Shown here: positions 17,653 through 20,000 of the stretch, piece by piece
Layout: each line of letters opens with the position of its first letter
How positions within the stretch are numbered: the stretch's first letter is position 1
Virus record (IMG/VR): IMGVR_UViG_3300017593_000095
Reading direction: 5' to 3' (one strand)
DNA: 20,000 nt
DNA from: an uncultured virus (IMG/VR IMGVR_UViG_3300017593_000095)
Lineage: Duplodnaviria; Heunggongvirae; Uroviricota; Caudoviricetes
The notes under the pieces: model-generated
What the model saw: the letters and a program-made list of their open reading frames with translations, nothing else
Databases searched by the model: none
Told to the model about the DNA's origin: nothing
Made by a program: the position numbers and the translations under genes

Positions 17653-18093
17653 GTGAAAAGAGTTTTAATAGGAGTATTATTGTTGTTTTTAATGAACAGT
17701 TCTCTTTGCCTGGCGAAGAATCGGATTACTTGGCTTAGTTTGCTAAACAACAAGCATTTCTCTGCTGGTGAAGTTGTTTCCACTCGAGTCCTCGATCTTG
17801 ATAAACTACGCGCTACAGGGTACTTTTCGTTACAAGTGACGATTACTGGAGGAGGTGTTTACACTATTAAGGAGAAGTGCAGTCTCGATGAACAGTTTTT
17901 CAGAACCCCCGAAGGAGTCCCAGATATTGCGACTGAGCTTACTTCTACTTCTGGTCCGGAGAGCGACGGCCATTTGTTTATACCAGTTGATTTGGGTGCA
18001 ATGACGAAGTATTTGCAGTTTGAGGTGGTTGAAACTTCTGGGACTTCCGGAGGTACTGTAACAATTCTATTGGGGATAACTGTGGATCGATAA
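17653..18093 (+). CDS. Hypothetical exported beta-sandwich protein with signal peptide
   Basis: Probable GTG start at 17653 (or TTG at 17650) after AAAGGGGG. MKRVLIGVLLLFLMNSSLCLA is Sec signal-like, and the mature part is beta-strand-rich. Confidence 0.65.
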   Translation: MKRVLIGVLLLFLMNSSLCLAKNRITWLSLLNNKHFSAGEVVSTRVLDLDKLRATGYFSLQVTITGGGVYTIKEKCSLDEQFFRTPEGVPDIATELTSTSGPESDGHLFIPVDLGAMTKYLQFEVVETSGTSGGTVTILLGITVDR

Positions 18094-18096
18094 GTG

Positions 18097-18570
18097 ATGG
18101 TCAGGAAAGTCCTTTCAATTAGTATATTGCTCTTGGCGATTTTTACAACAAGTGTTTGTGCTCAATGGGTGCGTAAACGTCAATTCGTCTCAGACTCTAC
18201 AATTACTGTCGCGTGGAACGCTCCTATAGTGCTGTCTACAGGTGACCCGATTCCAACTGATGCTGTTTTAAAGTACCGGGTTTACATTCGAAGAGTTGGG
18301 TCTCCTCCGCGAGAGATTACTTCTGCTCCTATTACAGAGACTCAATTTACGTTCGCTCCTCCTAAAGTTGACTTTTGTTTTATTGGTGTACGTGCAGTAC
18401 TTTACGATTCTAACGGAGTTCAAATTAGTGAATCACCTATCGCGTGGTCGTACGACCTTAGAGTAGCAGCTAATGGTCGTACGTTCGGGATGCGTAACTA
18501 TTCCTCGAAGTTGATAACTATATTGGGGCGAAGACCTCGATGGGGCCAGCTTTGGCATCATCGATGGTAA
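18097..18570 (+). CDS. Exported protein with signal peptide and fibronectin type III-like domain
   Basis: Signal MVRKVLSISILLLAIFTTSVCA. FN3-like pattern ITVAWNAP...KYRVY...TQFTF...FIGVRAV...ES. GTG at 18094 is an alternative start. Confidence 0.65.
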   Translation: MVRKVLSISILLLAIFTTSVCAQWVRKRQFVSDSTITVAWNAPIVLSTGDPIPTDAVLKYRVYIRRVGSPPREITSAPITETQFTFAPPKVDFCFIGVRAVLYDSNGVQISESPIAWSYDLRVAANGRTFGMRNYSSKLITILGRRPRWGQLWHHRW

Positions 18571-18606
18571 AAAGCACACTAAATTCTAAAACAGGAGGTA
18601 GTTAAG

Positions 18607-18822
18607 ATGGAGATTAAACCAGGATACAAAACTACTGAGTTTTGGGTAACTGTAACAGCGAAAGCAATTGCCCTGCTTGCGGCTCTAGGTGTGTTTACAC
18701 CTGAGCAAGCTTCTGTGGTAACTCAAGCGATTACTCAACTAGCCGGAGTAGTGGGAGTTGTAGCAGCTGCATTTGGCTACTCTCTGGCAAGAGGTTCTGC
18801 TAAGAAAGGGAGTCAACAATAG
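18607..18822 (+). CDS. Small membrane protein, putative holin
   Basis: RBS AGGAGG at 18593-18598. 71 aa with a KPGYKTTEFW N-motif seen in phage holin-like proteins, two hydrophobic helices and a basic C-tail (ARGSAKKG). Confidence 0.7.
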   Translation: MEIKPGYKTTEFWVTVTAKAIALLAALGVFTPEQASVVTQAITQLAGVVGVVAAAFGYSLARGSAKKGSQQ

Positions 18823-18851
18823 AATACTAACTCGCATTAGGGGGTAGAAGA

Positions 18852-18987
18852 GTGTTTACGAGGCTGGTGATCGCTTTAATCTTGTGCTTTTTTCGTGTTT
18901 GTTAGTCACGCTCTGGGAGTAGCACGTACTAGCGCCACTCCCAGACCCGGTCCAGTAAGACCTACAGCACTTAGGGTACTTCATTAG
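18852..18987 (+). pseudogene. Frameshifted (or recoded) small ORF with signal-peptide-like N-terminus
   Basis: GTG at 18852 follows a G-rich RBS-like run. Frame 0 gives MFTRLVIALILCFFRVC* (stop 18903-18905). Removing one T from the T6 run (18888-18893) gives a 44-aa MFTRLVIALILCFFVFVSHALGVARTSATPRPGPVRPTALRVLH*. Confidence 0.35.
18912..18945. repeat. Inverted repeat / stem-loop, 14-bp arms and 6-nt loop
   Basis: TCTGGGAGTAGCAC-GTACTA-GCGCCACTCCCAGA. The outer 9 bp are perfect, and the two mismatches (A.C on +) become G.U pairs on the minus strand. There is no adjacent U-tract. Confidence 0.7.
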
Positions 18988-19078
18988 GTGAGTCAGACCG
19001 CTTTGAATCATCGGCAGAGCTTTACACGAGGGTACAACTGTATTACAGCTATTATCTTCAATTGGGAGGTCCGAAAAA

Positions 19079-19621
19079 ATGGCCGAACTATTAGTCAAGT
19101 CTAGTGATACGACAAACCCCGATCCAATAAAAGATTTACGCGGATGCTACAAAAAGGGTGACGTTGTAGTTGTGAAGCCAGATGGATGGAAATGGGGGAA
19201 AGAAGAGTTGAACAAGAATAAGTTCTACATTCTGTGTGTGCCTGACAAAGAAGTCGATGAATTAAAGTTTTTGACAAAGGAAGATGAAATTGTGCTGGGA
19301 AATCGGTACATTGCTGAGTCTCCTGAATTAGGAGTAATGGCAGAAGGTCCTGATGCAGAGACAGCATCTAAGACTTGCCAAACCCTAGCTGATGCTGTTC
19401 TGAAGAGATTACAAGACCACGATTTATCTCCTAGTTACCAAATCGTAACAAGAATAGAACCTATCAGACACGTTGTGGCCAGGCGCAGACATAGGATCAA
19501 CATTGAAGATATTGAGGACATCCTACAAAGTGAGGTAGTTGCTGAAGTAACCAGTGACAAAATCAGCGTAACAGACAAACCTCAGAAAATATCAGCAACC
19601 TTAGCGAAGCTGGCTAAGTAA
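19079..19621 (+). CDS. Hypothetical phage protein (probable virion accessory) containing a HicB-like segment
   Basis: RBS GGAGG at 19065-19069. N-terminal MAELLVK...YKKGDVVVVKPDGWKWGKEE motif; internal YIAESPELGVMAEGPDAETA. Confidence 0.7.
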   Translation: MAELLVKSSDTTNPDPIKDLRGCYKKGDVVVVKPDGWKWGKEELNKNKFYILCVPDKEVDELKFLTKEDEIVLGNRYIAESPELGVMAEGPDAETASKTCQTLADAVLKRLQDHDLSPSYQIVTRIEPIRHVVARRRHRINIEDIEDILQSEVVAEVTSDKISVTDKPQKISATLAKLAK

Positions 19622-19622
19622 A

Positions 19623-20000
19623 ATGGCAACTGAAGTTGTAAAGATAGTCGATACAGGAGGAAGTGGAGATTACTCATCTCTAGCTGCTTGGGAAGCAGAC
19701 TTCGGGAGCTGTACCCAGTCGAACTACCCTTCTATGTCTGGAGACGGTGACCTTGTGGGAGCGGACTTGATCGCTGTTGCTGATTGTAGGTGTTCAACTG
19801 GGGATGAGGATGATAGTGCAGTTACTATTGATGGATGGACTTCTGTAGACTCGGATCACTACATTAGGATTTGGACCGATCCAGATCAGGGGTACAGACA
19901 CCCAGGGAAATGGGATGACACAAAGTACAGGCTTGTGCTCTCCGAAGGAACTATTTTTGACATACAAGAAGAGTATGTGAGACTTATTGGCTTACAGATG
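19623..20000 (+). CDS. Probable virion/tailspike-like protein, N-terminal part (3'-truncated)
   Basis: ATG starts 2 nt after the previous stop ends, and the frame stays open to the window end: MATEVVKIVDTGGSGDYSSLAAWEADF...GDLVGADLIAVADC...VTIDGWTSVDSDHYIRIWTD...RHPGKWDDTKYRL...YVRLIGLQ. This N-terminus is recalled from phage proteins that continue into a right-handed beta-helix. Not listed in the ORF track because it lacks a stop. Confidence 0.75.
   Translation, partial: MATEVVKIVDTGGSGDYSSLAAWEADFGSCTQSNYPSMSGDGDLVGADLIAVADCRCSTGDEDDSAVTIDGWTSVDSDHYIRIWTDPDQGYRHPGKWDDTKYRLVLSEGTIFDIQEEYVRLIGLQM

Larger units (their letters stand above)
1..20000 (+). mobile_element. Siphovirus-type phage/prophage tail and lysis module
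   Basis: TMP - tail proteins - DUF2163 - NlpC/P60 - tip protein synteny on a single strand with overlapped genes. No integrase or host genes are present, so free phage versus prophage cannot be decided. Confidence 0.92.

Noticed and set aside
4556..17783. Other short nested or alternative-frame ORFs (e.g. 5890-6261, 7686-7967, 9369-9698, 12070-12264, 15797-16126, 15924-16169)
   Set aside because: They overlap confident genes, lack a convincing RBS and show no protein-like signatures. None has a lipobox, so no embedded Rz1-like gene is supported.
18912..18945. Rho-independent terminator
   Set aside because: The stem is strong but no U-tract follows it on either strand; reported instead as an unexplained hairpin.
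18856..19367. Minus-strand ORFs 18856-19098 (80 aa) and 19101-19367
   Set aside because: Opposite to the operon, overlapping the 19079 gene, with no clear RBS or motif. The 80-aa ORF cannot be fully excluded but is unsupported.
1..20000. Diversity-generating retroelement acting on the aromatic/Cys-rich tail proteins
   Set aside because: No reverse transcriptase is present, and I saw no ~100-bp TR/VR repeat pair differing at adenines. It could lie outside the window; a self dot-plot would be decisive.
1..20000. CRISPR array, tRNA, IS element, intron/intein or alternative genetic code
   Set aside because: No regularly spaced repeats, cloverleaf, transposase or intein motifs were seen. Genes are full-length in code 11, with TAA, TAG and TGA all used as stops.

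Overview
This is a 20-kb late (virion) operon fragment from a tailed dsDNA phage or prophage. All credible genes are on the + strand and tightly packed, with many stop/start overlaps and GGAGG ribosome-binding sites. It is most likely a siphovirus, since no sheath or contractile baseplate genes are seen here. Gene order: 5'-truncated tape measure protein; two tandem paralogous tail proteins; a further tail protein; a 1330-aa DUF2341/LamG plus distal-tail-like fusion; a GT9 (heptosyltransferase-like) glycosyltransferase; a DUF2163/BR0599 (gpL-like) hub protein; two tandem NlpC/P60-like proteins; a Phage-tail_3-like tip protein; a decoration/fibre protein; a putative lysis region (DUF5675, two signal-peptide proteins, a holin-like protein); a 256-nt gap with a hairpin and a frameshifted mini-ORF; and two further probable virion genes, the last truncated. 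The most notable points are: (1) a glycosyltransferase overlapped into the middle of the tail-tip cassette, a candidate virion-glycosylation system; (2) duplicated NlpC/P60 proteins that appear to have lost the catalytic His and carry an N-terminal CxxC; (3) a HicB-like segment inside a probable virion protein; (4) a non-canonical lysis region. All family assignments come from motif recognition by eye; no database search was run.
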